From: a virus | DNA: 64,000 bases | IMG/VR virus record: IMGVR_UViG_3300046373_000136 | Location: 14,155 to 78,154 of that record | Direction: 5' to 3' (one strand) | Part shown: piece after piece, positions 38,565-49,341 of the stretch | Numbering within the stretch: the stretch's first letter is position 1 | Layout of the letters: each line of letters opens with the position of its first letter | The notes under the pieces: model-generated | Database searches by the model: none | The model's input: only the letters and a program-made list of their open reading frames with translations | Told to the model about the DNA's origin: nothing | Translations under genes and position numbers: made by a program

Positions 38565-39139
38565 TATTTGACTCCGTTCTTATCCATGTACGAACCCACC
38601 GATTCGTAGGCATTTGGATTGGCAGCAACCCGAGCACGCTGACGGTCTTCCAGTCGGGTGTTCGTGGTCTGCTTCTGGGCACCGTAGTTCAGGTCGAACT
38701 GGCGTTGGCCTTCAGCGAGCTGCTTCTTGGCCAAGCCGTACTGCTGCATGCCCATGAACAAGGAAGCAGCACCCTGGAGAGCACCCAGTCCAAGCCCACC
38801 AGCACCCAGTGTCTTGGAACCATCCGCATTGGTGCCACCCAGGATCATTTTCATCCAGTCGGTACCACCACCTGCACCACCTGCCGGTGCAGCGAATTGG
38901 CTGGCAATGTCCGTACCCACAGGCGACATCCCATAGTTCATCTGACCCAGGTTGGAGCCAGAGAGATCGAATCCTTTGCCGTTGTCACCCATGTAATTGA
39001 CAGATGGCAATAGCGAATTGGGGTCTGTCGGAATCGACATGTTCGGGTCCACTGGAGCGGCACCGTAATTCATTAGGCCGGACAGGTAACCGTTATTGCC
39101 AAAGCTGCCCGAAGGCATTGGCGAAGATGGGTAACTCAT
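38564..39139 (-). CDS. Virion protein (gp52-like)
   Basis: Gly-rich; Q.GLAK.QL..F..NY..Q..NT.LEDRQ.AR. Confidence 0.8.
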   Translation of the reverse strand: MSYPSSPMPSGSFGNNGYLSGLMNYGAAPVDPNMSIPTDPNSLLPSVNYMGDNGKGFDLSGSNLGQMNYGMSPVGTDIASQFAAPAGGAGGGTDWMKMILGGTNADGSKTLGAGGLGLGALQGAASLFMGMQQYGLAKKQLAEGQRQFDLNYGAQKQTTNTRLEDRQRARVAANPNAYESVGSYMDKNGVK

Positions 39140-41400
39140 TTTTGTTCTCCGATGGTGTCAGATAAAGTAGGGAGGGATAACGACCTTTCGACATAATTGC
39201 CCACCGCGTCAATTCCTATCATACCAATGTTTCCGGCATGAATAGTTCTGTTGAAGTAATCTTCTGGTGGCTCACCGAAGATGATGAACGGGGCGAACTT
39301 GTTATCGTCGTCAAGTAGCTTGTTAGCAACAGCAAGTTGGGCATCGAGTGCCTTGGCTTGACCAGACAGGTCTGACATTTCCTCTTGAATCTTGGTCATG
39401 TCGCTTTTCAGGGTTTCCGTAATGGCCTTGCTCAGTCCTTGTCCGACTTGCAAAAGGTCTTTGGCAAACGGCATTTGCTGTGACAGGTTGGCTCCCAACT
39501 CATCCCCGAACTTGGCGCTAATACCGTAGGCTATGGCAATGATGGCCACCAGGAAGGCAACCTTGACACCTGCAACCTTGATGAACAGCTTGAATGCCAC
39601 AGCCGTGACAAGGTATTCAAGACCGGTCATGACCACAGCAAGCAGAATTTGTTCGGCTGTCAGGGTAGCGGTAGCCGCTACAAACGCTTCCAGCGTGGCA
39701 CCACCGTCATACACTGCAATTGCCAGAGCCACCACCAGGATAAAGAACTGGAAGAAGCTGGACTGGTACCAGGACAGATGGACGGTCACCCGTGCATTGA
39801 AGATGAAATGCAGGCTGCGGCTATACAGTTCTTCCCGCTTGCGCAGGGAGAAGTGCTTGGTCACATTCAGATCGAGCGGGATCAACAGCACATCACTGCG
39901 ATCTTCCGGGGTATCCCCGTCAGCCGTGACACCGTAATCCCCATAGATGAAGTAGCGCACCGACAGGCCGAAGACGAAGATTTCTTCGTAGTAGCCGGGT
40001 TGCACTTGCTTGCGGTAGTAGTGCGATGGCACCGGGTAGAACTGGTCAAACGTGTAAGCACCGCCTTCGGTTTCCTGTGTCACGCTGTACTTGAAGCTCA
40101 GGGCCATTTCACCCGAGCTGTAGGTACCGACAGGTCCAATCGTACCCACATAAGCACGTTTGTAGATGCCCATGTTCGACAAAGAGAGTTTGAAACGAGC
40201 ATCCTGAATTATCAGAGCCGAGTTCGTGATAAGTGGACCTACCGTATCCGGATTTAGGTCTTCATGGTTCACGTCCCACACCTGACCACCACTGTCGATG
40301 AAGGTGCTGTCGAAATACTCGTACAGGTACCGCTGTTCCAGCGGGTTAGTGCTGTCGGCTTCCACTGACCACATCAGCATCGCCTGTTCGACGTTTTCAA
40401 TGTCCGGGCTTTGATGGATGCTGTCGCAAATGGCGTCATAGTCCATGTGGATTTTCTTCAGCATCTTCTTCGCAGTCTTGTAGCCGGGATCATTCTTGTC
40501 CTCGTTGCCCTTGACCTTGTTGTAACGGAAGTACACCCACGGGAAGTAGGAACCGGCCTGATTGAAGGCAGGATTGAACACGTTGTCCAGCGTGGGCCAG
40601 GTACCAGAGCCGACCTTGTAACGCCACCAGCCGTAGTTGGTGTTTCCCTGGTTGCGGTAGAGCGTCTGGAAGTACTGGTCAGCCGAATTCAAGCCAGGAA
40701 ACCCGATGTCCTGATCCATGATGACCATTTCGCTGCTGTAGTCGATCACAGTGACCGGGTTACCGTTGTCACCACCACCTTCGAGATGCGAACCACTGGG
40801 CCAGGAATAGTACAGCCAGATTTTGATGCTGTTGTTTGCTGCCCCGTTGTCGATCTGGACCGTGAAACGTTCCGGGTTGACCAGCACCGAATGGTTCACC
40901 AGCGAGTCCTGTGGCAGCGAATCGTAGGTGGTCTGATTCATTATCAGGTACACCACGGCCAACGATACATCTACACCTTTTTCCAATGATGGATTGATGA
41001 GCTTTAGCGTAATCGGATTGAGGTTGTAGCGCAGATCAATTAGGTTGAAGGCTTCGAACCAGAAGTTGTACTGGGCCACGGAGTTGCGGATAACCGTCAT
41101 CTCCTGTCCATAGATATCGAGCAGCACTGCCTTGACCAGATTGCCGCCACCGGTCTGAGATACACCGGAACCATGTGGCAGACCATAGGTGTACTTGTCC
41201 CGGCCATACTTGAAGAAGGGACGGGCCGTGAAGCCGATCCCATTCACCATGTCTTCGAGGATGTAATCCGAGGTCTCACCGTGCGCAAAGATCGACTTGA
41301 TCGTGCCGGACTTGACTGAGGAAATGAACTTGTTGTCGGCCACCACCCGGTTTGCTGTGGTGCTGACGTATGTCTCATCGCTTCCGCTGAATAAACCCAT
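39136..41400 (-). CDS. Virion protein (gp53-like)
   Basis: MGLFS start, WYQS.FF then TM region, EPP.DYF.RT. Confidence 0.8.
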   Translation of the reverse strand: MGLFSGSDETYVSTTANRVVADNKFISSVKSGTIKSIFAHGETSDYILEDMVNGIGFTARPFFKYGRDKYTYGLPHGSGVSQTGGGNLVKAVLLDIYGQEMTVIRNSVAQYNFWFEAFNLIDLRYNLNPITLKLINPSLEKGVDVSLAVVYLIMNQTTYDSLPQDSLVNHSVLVNPERFTVQIDNGAANNSIKIWLYYSWPSGSHLEGGGDNGNPVTVIDYSSEMVIMDQDIGFPGLNSADQYFQTLYRNQGNTNYGWWRYKVGSGTWPTLDNVFNPAFNQAGSYFPWVYFRYNKVKGNEDKNDPGYKTAKKMLKKIHMDYDAICDSIHQSPDIENVEQAMLMWSVEADSTNPLEQRYLYEYFDSTFIDSGGQVWDVNHEDLNPDTVGPLITNSALIIQDARFKLSLSNMGIYKRAYVGTIGPVGTYSSGEMALSFKYSVTQETEGGAYTFDQFYPVPSHYYRKQVQPGYYEEIFVFGLSVRYFIYGDYGVTADGDTPEDRSDVLLIPLDLNVTKHFSLRKREELYSRSLHFIFNARVTVHLSWYQSSFFQFFILVVALAIAVYDGGATLEAFVAATATLTAEQILLAVVMTGLEYLVTAVAFKLFIKVAGVKVAFLVAIIAIAYGISAKFGDELGANLSQQMPFAKDLLQVGQGLSKAITETLKSDMTKIQEEMSDLSGQAKALDAQLAVANKLLDDDNKFAPFIIFGEPPEDYFNRTIHAGNIGMIGIDAVGNYVERSLSLPTLSDTIGEQK

Positions 41401-41413
41401 GGCCTACCTTTAA

Positions 41414-41439
41414 TAAAAAGGGGAGCACGCAGCTCCCCT
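41414..41439 (-). terminator. Intrinsic terminator
   Basis: GGGGAGC/GCTCCCC hairpin with T run on the minus strand. Confidence 0.6.
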
Positions 41440-41461
41440 ATTCCTGCTCAATAACGGCTAC

Positions 41462-42577
41462 TTAGACGCCTGTTACACCAGCTTGACGGAGCATTTGCAG
41501 CACAACTGAACCAATGACCGGATCGGACAGGCCATTCGTACTGTCAGCCACCGTGGCTTCGTCTGTAGTACGGCGTACCTTCCAGGTATCAGTCATGATC
41601 TGTGCTGCCTTCTGCAAGGCATCACTTTCAAATCCTTTGGCCTGGGCTGCATAGAGCGTCATTTGTCGGCCGAGGACTGAAAGGCTACCTGCCACGTTAT
41701 CAATGGTCTGTGCCCGTTCCGTTTCACGTTTCTGGGCAATCAGCAAGACTTCTGCTTCAATCCGGGTACGTGTCACGATCTCAGTCTGAATCTCAGCTTG
41801 CATCTTCAGGATTTGCTGATCAATCAACTGGCCCTGTTTCACTGCTTGTTGCACCTGTGCCGTAATCAAAGGCAACTGCGCTGACAGATTCAGGACTTCC
41901 TGGATGATCTTCTTACGTTGCTCGATGCTGGTCAGCAGTTCATCCCGTGCGTTCAGGATTTGCTGATCAATGAGTTCACCACGCTTCTGCATTTCCACAA
42001 CTTGTGCTTGGATCAGCGGCAGTTGGGCTTGCAGGTTCAGGATTTCCTGGGTCAGCTTTTCTCGTTGCTTGGCCGAGGTCAGCAGTTCGTCAATCAGGTT
42101 GGTGCGTTGCTGATTGATGAGCAGGGTTTGCGCTTCGATCTGCAATTTCTGTGCAGCGAGGTTCGCAATTTCTTGGTCCAGCTTCAGGCGTTGCTTGGCA
42201 CTGGTTAGGAGATCATCTACGAGGTTTGCCTTTTGTTGGATGACCAGGGCAGTCTGGGCTTCGGTCTGTAGGATCGAGGCTTCGGCTTGCCGTTGCTGGA
42301 TGATAGCCAGCTTGATCTGTTCTTCCTTCAGCTCGTTTTCGAGCGTGACGCTACGTTGTTGCAGGGTGAACTGTAACGAGGTATTGAGCACAGCTTGCAG
42401 GCCACCTAGATAGACCTGGGCGTATTCCGGTCCCTTGATGCGGTTCTTGTCATACTCCCCATCAATGTGAACCTTGAAGGCACGCATGAGGGTATCGAAC
42501 GTGCCATCCCCGTCCAGCGTAGCTTGGGTCAAGCTCGCTGTTCGAACGGATGGATCAATGGGTTGCATGTCAATCAT
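41462..42577 (-). CDS. Virion structural protein (gp54-like)
   Basis: G.G.FD.LM..EY.KNRI.G.EYA.VY; coiled-coil repeats. Confidence 0.85.
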   Translation of the reverse strand: MIDMQPIDPSVRTASLTQATLDGDGTFDTLMRAFKVHIDGEYDKNRIKGPEYAQVYLGGLQAVLNTSLQFTLQQRSVTLENELKEEQIKLAIIQQRQAEASILQTEAQTALVIQQKANLVDDLLTSAKQRLKLDQEIANLAAQKLQIEAQTLLINQQRTNLIDELLTSAKQREKLTQEILNLQAQLPLIQAQVVEMQKRGELIDQQILNARDELLTSIEQRKKIIQEVLNLSAQLPLITAQVQQAVKQGQLIDQQILKMQAEIQTEIVTRTRIEAEVLLIAQKRETERAQTIDNVAGSLSVLGRQMTLYAAQAKGFESDALQKAAQIMTDTWKVRRTTDEATVADSTNGLSDPVIGSVVLQMLRQAGVTGV

Positions 42578-42593
42578 GGTGGTCCTGGTCTAA

Positions 42594-43184
42594 TTAATCG
42601 TCAGTTGCACGGGACAGTGCTTGGCGCTGGGCCAGTTCAGCAATTTCAGCCTTGGTCAGTGGGGGCAGGACTTCGATACCGAATTCCTTGATGAGCTTGG
42701 CCTTGCGTACCTTGTTGCCGCGTTCGTCCTTCTTCGTGATGAAGACTTGGCATTCACGGGCACGGAGCTGGTTGAGCAGGATTTGTGGTACGTGGTAGCC
42801 ATCGTCGCCGGTATTGAACGGGACATACTTGGTCACGGAACCAATGAGGGAATTACCTACGGTGAAGATTTCGCCTTCCCATTCCTTCTTGGCCGGGTTG
42901 AGGCAGGAGACACGGATACGCACCAGGGCCAGGGCTTCATCTTTGATGCGCCGGCGCTTCTGAGCGATGGTTTCTTCAACTGCTTCCTTGGGCTGAGCAT
43001 TGTCATCGTCTGCTTCCGTGGTGTCATGCTTGACACCAGCCAGCCGATCATTCACCTTGGTCTTCAGCGATTCCAGCTTGATGTTGGGGTGGTACTTGAT
43101 GCCAAGTACGTCAGCACGCTGTTTCAGGTTTTCGAGTTCGTCTTCGACTAATTCAACGGTGTCATCGTTTTCGATTATGGACAT
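42594..43184 (-). CDS. gp55-like protein
   Basis: LK.RAD.LGI.YHPNI, RIRV.C.NP.K..W.GEI, EVLPPLT. Confidence 0.85.
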   Translation of the reverse strand: MSIIENDDTVELVEDELENLKQRADVLGIKYHPNIKLESLKTKVNDRLAGVKHDTTEADDDNAQPKEAVEETIAQKRRRIKDEALALVRIRVSCLNPAKKEWEGEIFTVGNSLIGSVTKYVPFNTGDDGYHVPQILLNQLRARECQVFITKKDERGNKVRKAKLIKEFGIEVLPPLTKAEIAELAQRQALSRATDD

Positions 43185-43252
43185 TGCGTATTCTCTTTGG
43201 GTTGGATAAGGAACGGGGAGTTGGTCCGTAGGACCACACTCCCCTGGCCTAA

Positions 43253-44419
43253 TTACAGGCGTGCGACGGTCTTGATCAGGGCGATACGCTCAGGGCGCAG
43301 AGCCATGAAGCCGTAGTACCACTTGATCGACATGAAGCCGGTTTCACCGTATGGGTCCAGACGGTCAGCCGTTTCACGACCAGGCTTCTTGTGGGTGATG
43401 GTGAACTTCACCGTCTTGCCATCGGTTTGGAAGCCGATGGTGGTGAACGATTCGTCACCGACAACCAGCATCGGGAAGATGTCGAACTTGTTGGCGGTCT
43501 CGTAGTTCGCGCTGTCGGCCGAAGCGTCAGCACCGGCACCAGCCCACTTCATCATTTCCGGCACAACGACCAGACGGAACTTGCCGACCGTGCCTTCTTC
43601 GCCACGCAGCGGCTCACCACCGGCTACATAGTGTTGAACGGGGATGAAGGCTGCATTGTCATGCAGGTCTTTCATGCGTTCGAAGGTTGGGAGCAGTTCG
43701 CTGCCGATGTACATCACGCGGCAAGCCGGGATGGTCTTGGTGTCCACCATGCGCGAACCGGTGATGACCTTGGTGTGTTTCGGCGTACGGTTCTGATCCA
43801 GATCGATCGACAGATGCATCAGATCGCTGTAGGTGACCAGATCGTCGGCACCCATGGTGACGTTCGAGGTTGCGTTACCCGCAAACTTGATGATGCCAGC
43901 ACTGTTGATCAGATCGATTTGCAGGCAGTCTTCGGTGATCTCGTTCGCGCCACGCAGCATTTCGCGGTTGACGTGCATTTCCAGCTCGGCATCCGAATCG
44001 AAGTCCAGGGATTCCTGGGTGTATTCATCGAAGAAACCGAACTTCTCGAAGGTGCCTTCGAGTTCGACGCGCTTGAAGCCGACACGGTTCACACGACCAC
44101 CGGTCTCGGACAGCACTGGCAGCTTGCCGGAAATGGTGCCGATGTCTTTGCTCGAACCGTACAGGTTGCCGTTGGCGATAGTCACGCCGGCTGCATTGAT
44201 ACCCTGGTCATTGATGTTGCGATCGTCCAGCAGGGGCAGGTAGTGGTAACGCTTGATCTTCTTGCCCATGTTCTTTGGCATGGAAGTCACGTCAGCCAGT
44301 TGGCCGAAGTACTGTTCCTTCGCCAGCTCGATGAGAGCTTTCTTGATGAAAAAGTGCGGGTTGAGCTGGGTTGCACCGATGGTCGATGGGACCGTTTCGG
44401 GAGCGTTATATTGGCGCAT
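43253..44419 (-). CDS. Major capsid protein (N4 gp56-like)
   Basis: [39 protein letters not shown]. Confidence 0.95.
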   Translation of the reverse strand: MRQYNAPETVPSTIGATQLNPHFFIKKALIELAKEQYFGQLADVTSMPKNMGKKIKRYHYLPLLDDRNINDQGINAAGVTIANGNLYGSSKDIGTISGKLPVLSETGGRVNRVGFKRVELEGTFEKFGFFDEYTQESLDFDSDAELEMHVNREMLRGANEITEDCLQIDLINSAGIIKFAGNATSNVTMGADDLVTYSDLMHLSIDLDQNRTPKHTKVITGSRMVDTKTIPACRVMYIGSELLPTFERMKDLHDNAAFIPVQHYVAGGEPLRGEEGTVGKFRLVVVPEMMKWAGAGADASADSANYETANKFDIFPMLVVGDESFTTIGFQTDGKTVKFTITHKKPGRETADRLDPYGETGFMSIKWYYGFMALRPERIALIKTVARL

Positions 44420-44453
44420 GATGTGCTTTCAAAAGTAGGGGCAGGATATGTGT

Positions 44454-45689
44454 TCAAATGCCCAGCTTGGCGAAGTCAGCATCGGACATGTTCAGGGGAT
44501 CGAAATCCTTGCCTGGTCCGGTCTTGCTGTTGTTCGTCACGACTGGACGGTTGGAGCTTGCAGCTCGCCTTTTTGCATTCAACGTGTCGTCATTGGCCTT
44601 CGGAGATTTTGGTGGCTCGACTACCTTCGGCGCAGCAGGGATTTCCTTCTTCTCCTGGGTGCTACCCTGGAACAGATGGTTGAATCCACCGCGCTCTTGT
44701 ATCGCGTCACCAATTTGCTTGTAGGCTTTCAACATCGGCACATTCTTCAAGCGACCCAGAGTGACCTCGTTCTGGAGTTCGGCCATGATCACGCCATAGA
44801 CACCACTGTTCATGTGGCTGTCCAGGACGCGCAGGATGCCTGGCTCCTTCTGGATTTCACTCTTGCTTGCATGGTCCAACTCTTTAGTGACGAGAGTGAT
44901 CAGCTCTCCTACTTTCGGGGAATCTTTGAGGTCTTCCATGACCTCATCCAAATCCATTTCGGCGTCACTAACGTCGTAGGTTGCCTGCTTGTATTCGCCT
45001 GCTTTTTCAGCATCCAGATCCATGGGATCGATGCCGCTTTCTTTGATCAGCTTGTTGACTGCACCGGGGGCATTGCCCATTAGGTCAATCATGTAGCTAA
45101 TCTTTTCCTGGCTGAGCAGACCGGCTGATTCCAGGGTCTTCAACAGCTTCAGATTCGGTTTCAGTGCTTGCATCTTCTTGCTGTAGTTCGCACCCATTTG
45201 CATCAGGGCTTTGGCGTCATCTACAGACTTGACCGTGAAGTCACGGCCATTGGCTTTGAAGGGTGCCAGCAGTTTTTCGTATTCAACTTTGTAATCGATG
45301 ACGGGTTCAGTTCCAGCAGGCTTGGCTTCTTCCTTGCCAGCCTTGTCATCGGTTACAGCGGGAGAGGTTGTTTTCTCTGTTCCCGTTTTCTGTTCTTTGC
45401 CTTCGGGCGACTTCCCAGTCGCTGTGCCAGCGCCCGGTTCGTCGGCCTCGGCCAGTGGATTCGTGGTATCGGTGGAAGCTGGGTCACCTTTGGCAGCAGC
45501 GGGATCGGCTGCTTCATCAGGGTCAGTACCCGTTGCAGCATCATTGTCACCGTCATTTTGATCATCGGTAGCATCGTGTTGGCTTTCATCTTCCACTTCG
45601 GCAACTTGGGCTACGGCCGGTGCATCGGTAGGCATCGGGGCATTCAGGAAGTCCTCATCGGACATTTCCAGGGCGTCGAGATCAGCCAT
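44454..45689 (-). CDS. gp57-like protein (scaffold; often annotated tape measure)
   Basis: PFKANG..LMQMGANY..KM, MSD.DF at both ends. Confidence 0.85.
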   Translation of the reverse strand: MADLDALEMSDEDFLNAPMPTDAPAVAQVAEVEDESQHDATDDQNDGDNDAATGTDPDEAADPAAAKGDPASTDTTNPLAEADEPGAGTATGKSPEGKEQKTGTEKTTSPAVTDDKAGKEEAKPAGTEPVIDYKVEYEKLLAPFKANGRDFTVKSVDDAKALMQMGANYSKKMQALKPNLKLLKTLESAGLLSQEKISYMIDLMGNAPGAVNKLIKESGIDPMDLDAEKAGEYKQATYDVSDAEMDLDEVMEDLKDSPKVGELITLVTKELDHASKSEIQKEPGILRVLDSHMNSGVYGVIMAELQNEVTLGRLKNVPMLKAYKQIGDAIQERGGFNHLFQGSTQEKKEIPAAPKVVEPPKSPKANDDTLNAKRRAASSNRPVVTNNSKTGPGKDFDPLNMSDADFAKLGI

Positions 45690-46057
45690 TATTCAGCTCC
45701 CTTGTCTTCGAGTGCTTCAGCATTGATGGCATCCAGAGTTTCTTCATCGTCAGAGATGGAATCGGAAGCAATCTCAGCGTTACTTTCGATGAGTCGGAAA
45801 TATCGTTGCAGGGAACCGATTGCGTCGATGTCACGGATGATGGAGGCTTGACGCTCAGGCGTCTGCATATCCGGGTCTCCCTTGACACTGACCAGACGGA
45901 CAGCTTCGGTTTGAAAGAAGCCTTCCATCACAACCTTCTTGAAGTCCTTGTTGTTCTTCAGGCGTTCAAGAGCGTTGTTCAGTGCTACTTGGGCTTTCTT
46001 GCCCTCAATCTGGCGTTCGAGTTGTGCTATTTGCAGGTTAGACATGGGTTCTATCAT
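45689..46057 (-). CDS. gp58-like protein
   Basis: L..N.DFKKV..EG.F..EA.RLV; synteny. Confidence 0.8.
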   Translation of the reverse strand: MIEPMSNLQIAQLERQIEGKKAQVALNNALERLKNNKDFKKVVMEGFFQTEAVRLVSVKGDPDMQTPERQASIIRDIDAIGSLQRYFRLIESNAEIASDSISDDEETLDAINAEALEDKGAE

Positions 46058-46102
46058 TGCTTCTACGAGTTAATAGGGGTGTTGACGGAGGCCAACACCC
46101 GG

Positions 46103-46132
46103 ACTATACAACTACTTCTTGCTAGGTTTCAA
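46103..46132 (-). promoter_or_regulatory. Sigma70-type late promoter for the capsid operon
   Basis: TTGAAA-18 nt-TATAGT on the minus strand upstream of gp58. Confidence 0.55.
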
Positions 46133-48448
46133 CTTATATTGGTGAATTAGCTTGAATTTGTCCTGTTCGACCTTGTTGATGTGGTCCACAGTCTTCTCTT
46201 GCATCTTCATCTGATGATCAGCTACACGCATCTGCGTGTTGCTCCTAGCCTGCTCTCCGATCTTCTGGATATCGCGTTCCTGCTTGGTGCCCGACTCCTG
46301 TTCCACGAAGTCCAGGTTCTTGATATCGGTATCCGATGCCAGGTTGGCAGCCTTGGCCTGCTCTGTACCGATCTTGGCTTGGTTCAGTTGGGCAGTAGCT
46401 TGGAAGCCCACAGTTCGACCCTGAATCTCCGCGATTTCTGCTTGGAGTTTCTGCATTTGCAACTGCGCAATTTGTTGCTGCATGGGATCAGGTGGTGGTG
46501 GTTGATACGTCTTGAGCTTGTGTTCTAGCTCGGGCATCTTTGACAGCCGTGCAATCTCCATCAGGATGATCTTGGTAAAGTCTGGTGCTGCACTCGGTCC
46601 CAGGGTTTGCAGCATGAAGGCCAGCCGCTCAGACTTCTTCTCGTCTTCCTCGGCCGTAGTGATGCCCAGCTTCAGATCGAAGCTACCAGGCAGATCGTCA
46701 CGTTTGACGGTAACGAACTCGTCATTGGTAACCCGGATGACTTCTTCATCCGATAGCATCTCGGCGTTCATGGCAATGAAGCGCCGGCCGACTGCCACGA
46801 TGCCTTCCTTCATTCGACGCAGGATGGACAGCTCACGCTTGGAAGCTGCATCCAGTGCACCACGGATACCAGCAGCGACATCACCCAGACTGGACCCAGA
46901 CACACCTTGGCTGAAGGACTTCACACCGGTCAGCGACTCGGCTTCGAAGTTCTGCAATTGCAACATGTACTGGGCCGACTGTGGAATCTCGGGATAGGTG
47001 TGGTGAAACACACCTTGCCGTGGATCAACACCACCGTTGAAGAAGTAGTCTTCGCCACGTTGGAAGCGCCGCTTGTTAGTTTCGTCCAGCATGTCCTTGC
47101 GCATACCGGTCTGACCGGCAGCAGAGCGACCCATCGAGTCGATGAGACCACGCATGACTGCACCCGATACCAACTGGTTGTCTTCGAGCAGAGCAGCATC
47201 CGGTTCACCGGTGTTCTCATCGTCACCGGGCATGTACTGCACGATCTCGAAGGGCAGGGAGCCATCAGCGAAGGGAAGTTCTTCCATCCGGATGCAGGTG
47301 AGTCCTACCCATGCCACGATGATCGGCTTGACGATACCGGTGCCGTCGATGTCCCACATGCCGTAGTACTCATGCACGACGATGATCTTGCGGGGATCAT
47401 CCAGGAATTGAAACCCGGAGTAGCCACCAGCCGGATCATGGTCAGCCTGAGACAGTGGAGCATTCTCGTTGAGCTGTATCTTGTTCAGGTTCTTGTAGCT
47501 GCCATGGCTTTTCAATTTGGACAGGTTCGAGTCGTAGGACGTGACAACGAACTGGGCCTTCTTGATGTCGCCCATGGCAGTCGGATCAACTACCGTGTTG
47601 CGGAATTTGCACACTTCTACAGTTGGATGGTTCCGGACCACCTTGGTGACTTCGACTTCTTCCATCTCACCGGTAGACTCGGGTCGAATGGGTACACCCC
47701 CATCAATCGTCATTTGGTGAGCGATCTTGAGTTCTTCTTCGACCGCTTGCCAGTCAGAAGGGGATTCCTCCTTCATCTGCGCCAGTTGCTCATGCATTGG
47801 CGCATATTCTGGGTCTTCCAGATATCGAATCTTCGGGCGCTTTTCCTTGACCTTCTTTTCCTCATAGCACCAGCCGGTCTTAAGGATTGCCGTGCCCTGG
47901 TTCACCAGTGTTCGGACGAACTTGTCGATGAACCGTACCCGGTCGATCTTGGTGTTGAACTGGTTGTTCAGCAGCAACTCATTCTGGACTGCGGCCGGAC
48001 CATCTTCCCAGGTTACCGGGGAGACCTTAAACAGATCAGGCATCGACAGGAATGGTTCAGACAGAGCGGGATAACGCCACTCTGCCTGCTTGCGAATCAA
48101 CTTCGGCTGGATCGATGAGCGACCTTCCACCTTTTTCGGTTTGGCCTTCCCGGTCACCTTCAGGTTTTCCAGGTAGACCTCAACCTTCTGAACTTCCGTG
48201 TTGTGGGAAGGTAGTGCGTCCTGATAGTTCTGTTGCAGGTCGCGTAGTTCCGGTGGATTTTTCCAGTCCACCATCTTAGATTCATCGTTGTCCGGATCAT
48301 CAACGTCATCGTCGTCATCAACGCCGTTGACCTCATCATTATCGGTATCGTTGTGCCGATCTTTGGTGATGGTTTCGTCTTGATCTTCGTCGTAAGTAGA
48401 TTTTTTCATTGCTGGCGCTGCTCCGTTTGTATTATCCGCTAGAATCAT
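46112..48448 (-). CDS. Portal protein (N4 gp59-like)
   Basis: PKLIRKQAEWRY.ALSEPFL, EAESLTGVKSF, LDFVEQESG. Confidence 0.95.
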   Translation of the reverse strand: MILADNTNGAAPAMKKSTYDEDQDETITKDRHNDTDNDEVNGVDDDDDVDDPDNDESKMVDWKNPPELRDLQQNYQDALPSHNTEVQKVEVYLENLKVTGKAKPKKVEGRSSIQPKLIRKQAEWRYPALSEPFLSMPDLFKVSPVTWEDGPAAVQNELLLNNQFNTKIDRVRFIDKFVRTLVNQGTAILKTGWCYEEKKVKEKRPKIRYLEDPEYAPMHEQLAQMKEESPSDWQAVEEELKIAHQMTIDGGVPIRPESTGEMEEVEVTKVVRNHPTVEVCKFRNTVVDPTAMGDIKKAQFVVTSYDSNLSKLKSHGSYKNLNKIQLNENAPLSQADHDPAGGYSGFQFLDDPRKIIVVHEYYGMWDIDGTGIVKPIIVAWVGLTCIRMEELPFADGSLPFEIVQYMPGDDENTGEPDAALLEDNQLVSGAVMRGLIDSMGRSAAGQTGMRKDMLDETNKRRFQRGEDYFFNGGVDPRQGVFHHTYPEIPQSAQYMLQLQNFEAESLTGVKSFSQGVSGSSLGDVAAGIRGALDAASKRELSILRRMKEGIVAVGRRFIAMNAEMLSDEEVIRVTNDEFVTVKRDDLPGSFDLKLGITTAEEDEKKSERLAFMLQTLGPSAAPDFTKIILMEIARLSKMPELEHKLKTYQPPPPDPMQQQIAQLQMQKLQAEIAEIQGRTVGFQATAQLNQAKIGTEQAKAANLASDTDIKNLDFVEQESGTKQERDIQKIGEQARSNTQMRVADHQMKMQEKTVDHINKVEQDKFKLIHQYKLKPSKK

Positions 48449-48481
48449 TTCCCTTAATCATTATCCACGAAAGAAACAAAA

Positions 48482-48904
48482 ATGCACATCGTTAAGATTA
48501 ATCCGTCCGTCATCACCCCAGTTCGAGGTACTGAGTTCTCTGCTGGCTACGACATCTTCATGCCCGAAGACGGCATTGCTTACGCGAACCAAGAGACCAA
48601 GGTGAGCCTCGGGTTCAAGCTCGCCATACCAACTGGATCGGTGGCACTTATCCTTCCGCGCTCGGGTATGGGTGTGAAGTACGGCCTTGAACTGAATAAC
48701 ACCTGTGGTGTGATCGATTCGGATTACCGGGGTGAGTGGATGTGCAGCCTGAAGCTCAAGCGCATTGAAGAACTGCGCTGGTCTAAGGGTGATCGGCTAC
48801 TGCAATTCGTCGTGGTGCCTTGCCTACGTACCGAAATCACCGAAGTAGATGAGCTGCCTTTGACGGCACGCGGTGAAGGTGGCTGGGGTTCGACAGGGAA
48901 ATAA
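48482..48904 (+). CDS. dut: Trimeric dUTPase
   Basis: AGYD, PRSG, GVIDSDYRGE, RGEGGWGSTG. Confidence 0.93.
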   Translation: MHIVKINPSVITPVRGTEFSAGYDIFMPEDGIAYANQETKVSLGFKLAIPTGSVALILPRSGMGVKYGLELNNTCGVIDSDYRGEWMCSLKLKRIEELRWSKGDRLLQFVVVPCLRTEITEVDELPLTARGEGGWGSTGK

Positions 48905-48949
48905 GGTACAGTGTTATTTCTTTAACCAAACTTTACTCGAAAGAAAATC

Positions 48950-49279
48950 ATGGACAAAGTTACTGCACCTGAAGCCGAAAGCAAGGAAGTCAAAGTTCTG
49001 AAAGCTGACACCAAGGAAGTCGCAGTCCTCACCGATGGCAAGCGCGAAAACACCCTGAATGAACTGCGCGAAGCCGGCCACATTTCCCCGAATGACCGCC
49101 GTATTGCCCTGGCTGCAAAGGGTGGACCGGATGGCAAGGATATCGTGAACCTGCCAGTGGTGCCCATTACCAAGGACACCGAGAAAGAAGCGGAAGTTGT
49201 GGACGCAGTGAAGAAGGAAGACGCTGAAGCCGAGTCCGAGAAGGAACCGGTCGTCAAGAAGCGTGTTGCTACGAAGTAA
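48950..49279 (+). CDS. Hypothetical charged protein
   Basis: 109 aa E/K-rich ORF with phage-typical codons, followed by a terminator. Confidence 0.6.
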   Translation: MDKVTAPEAESKEVKVLKADTKEVAVLTDGKRENTLNELREAGHISPNDRRIALAAKGGPDGKDIVNLPVVPITKDTEKEAEVVDAVKKEDAEAESEKEPVVKKRVATK

Positions 49280-49293
49280 TCTCTGCACACCAC

Positions 49294-49324
49294 GAAAAAT
49301 GGGGGCGAAGCCCCCATTTTTCTT
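49294..49324. terminator. Bidirectional intrinsic terminator
   Basis: AAAAATGGGGGC-GAA-GCCCCCATTTTT. Confidence 0.75.
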
Positions 49325-49341
49325 AGGTGCAATGTTGTAAA

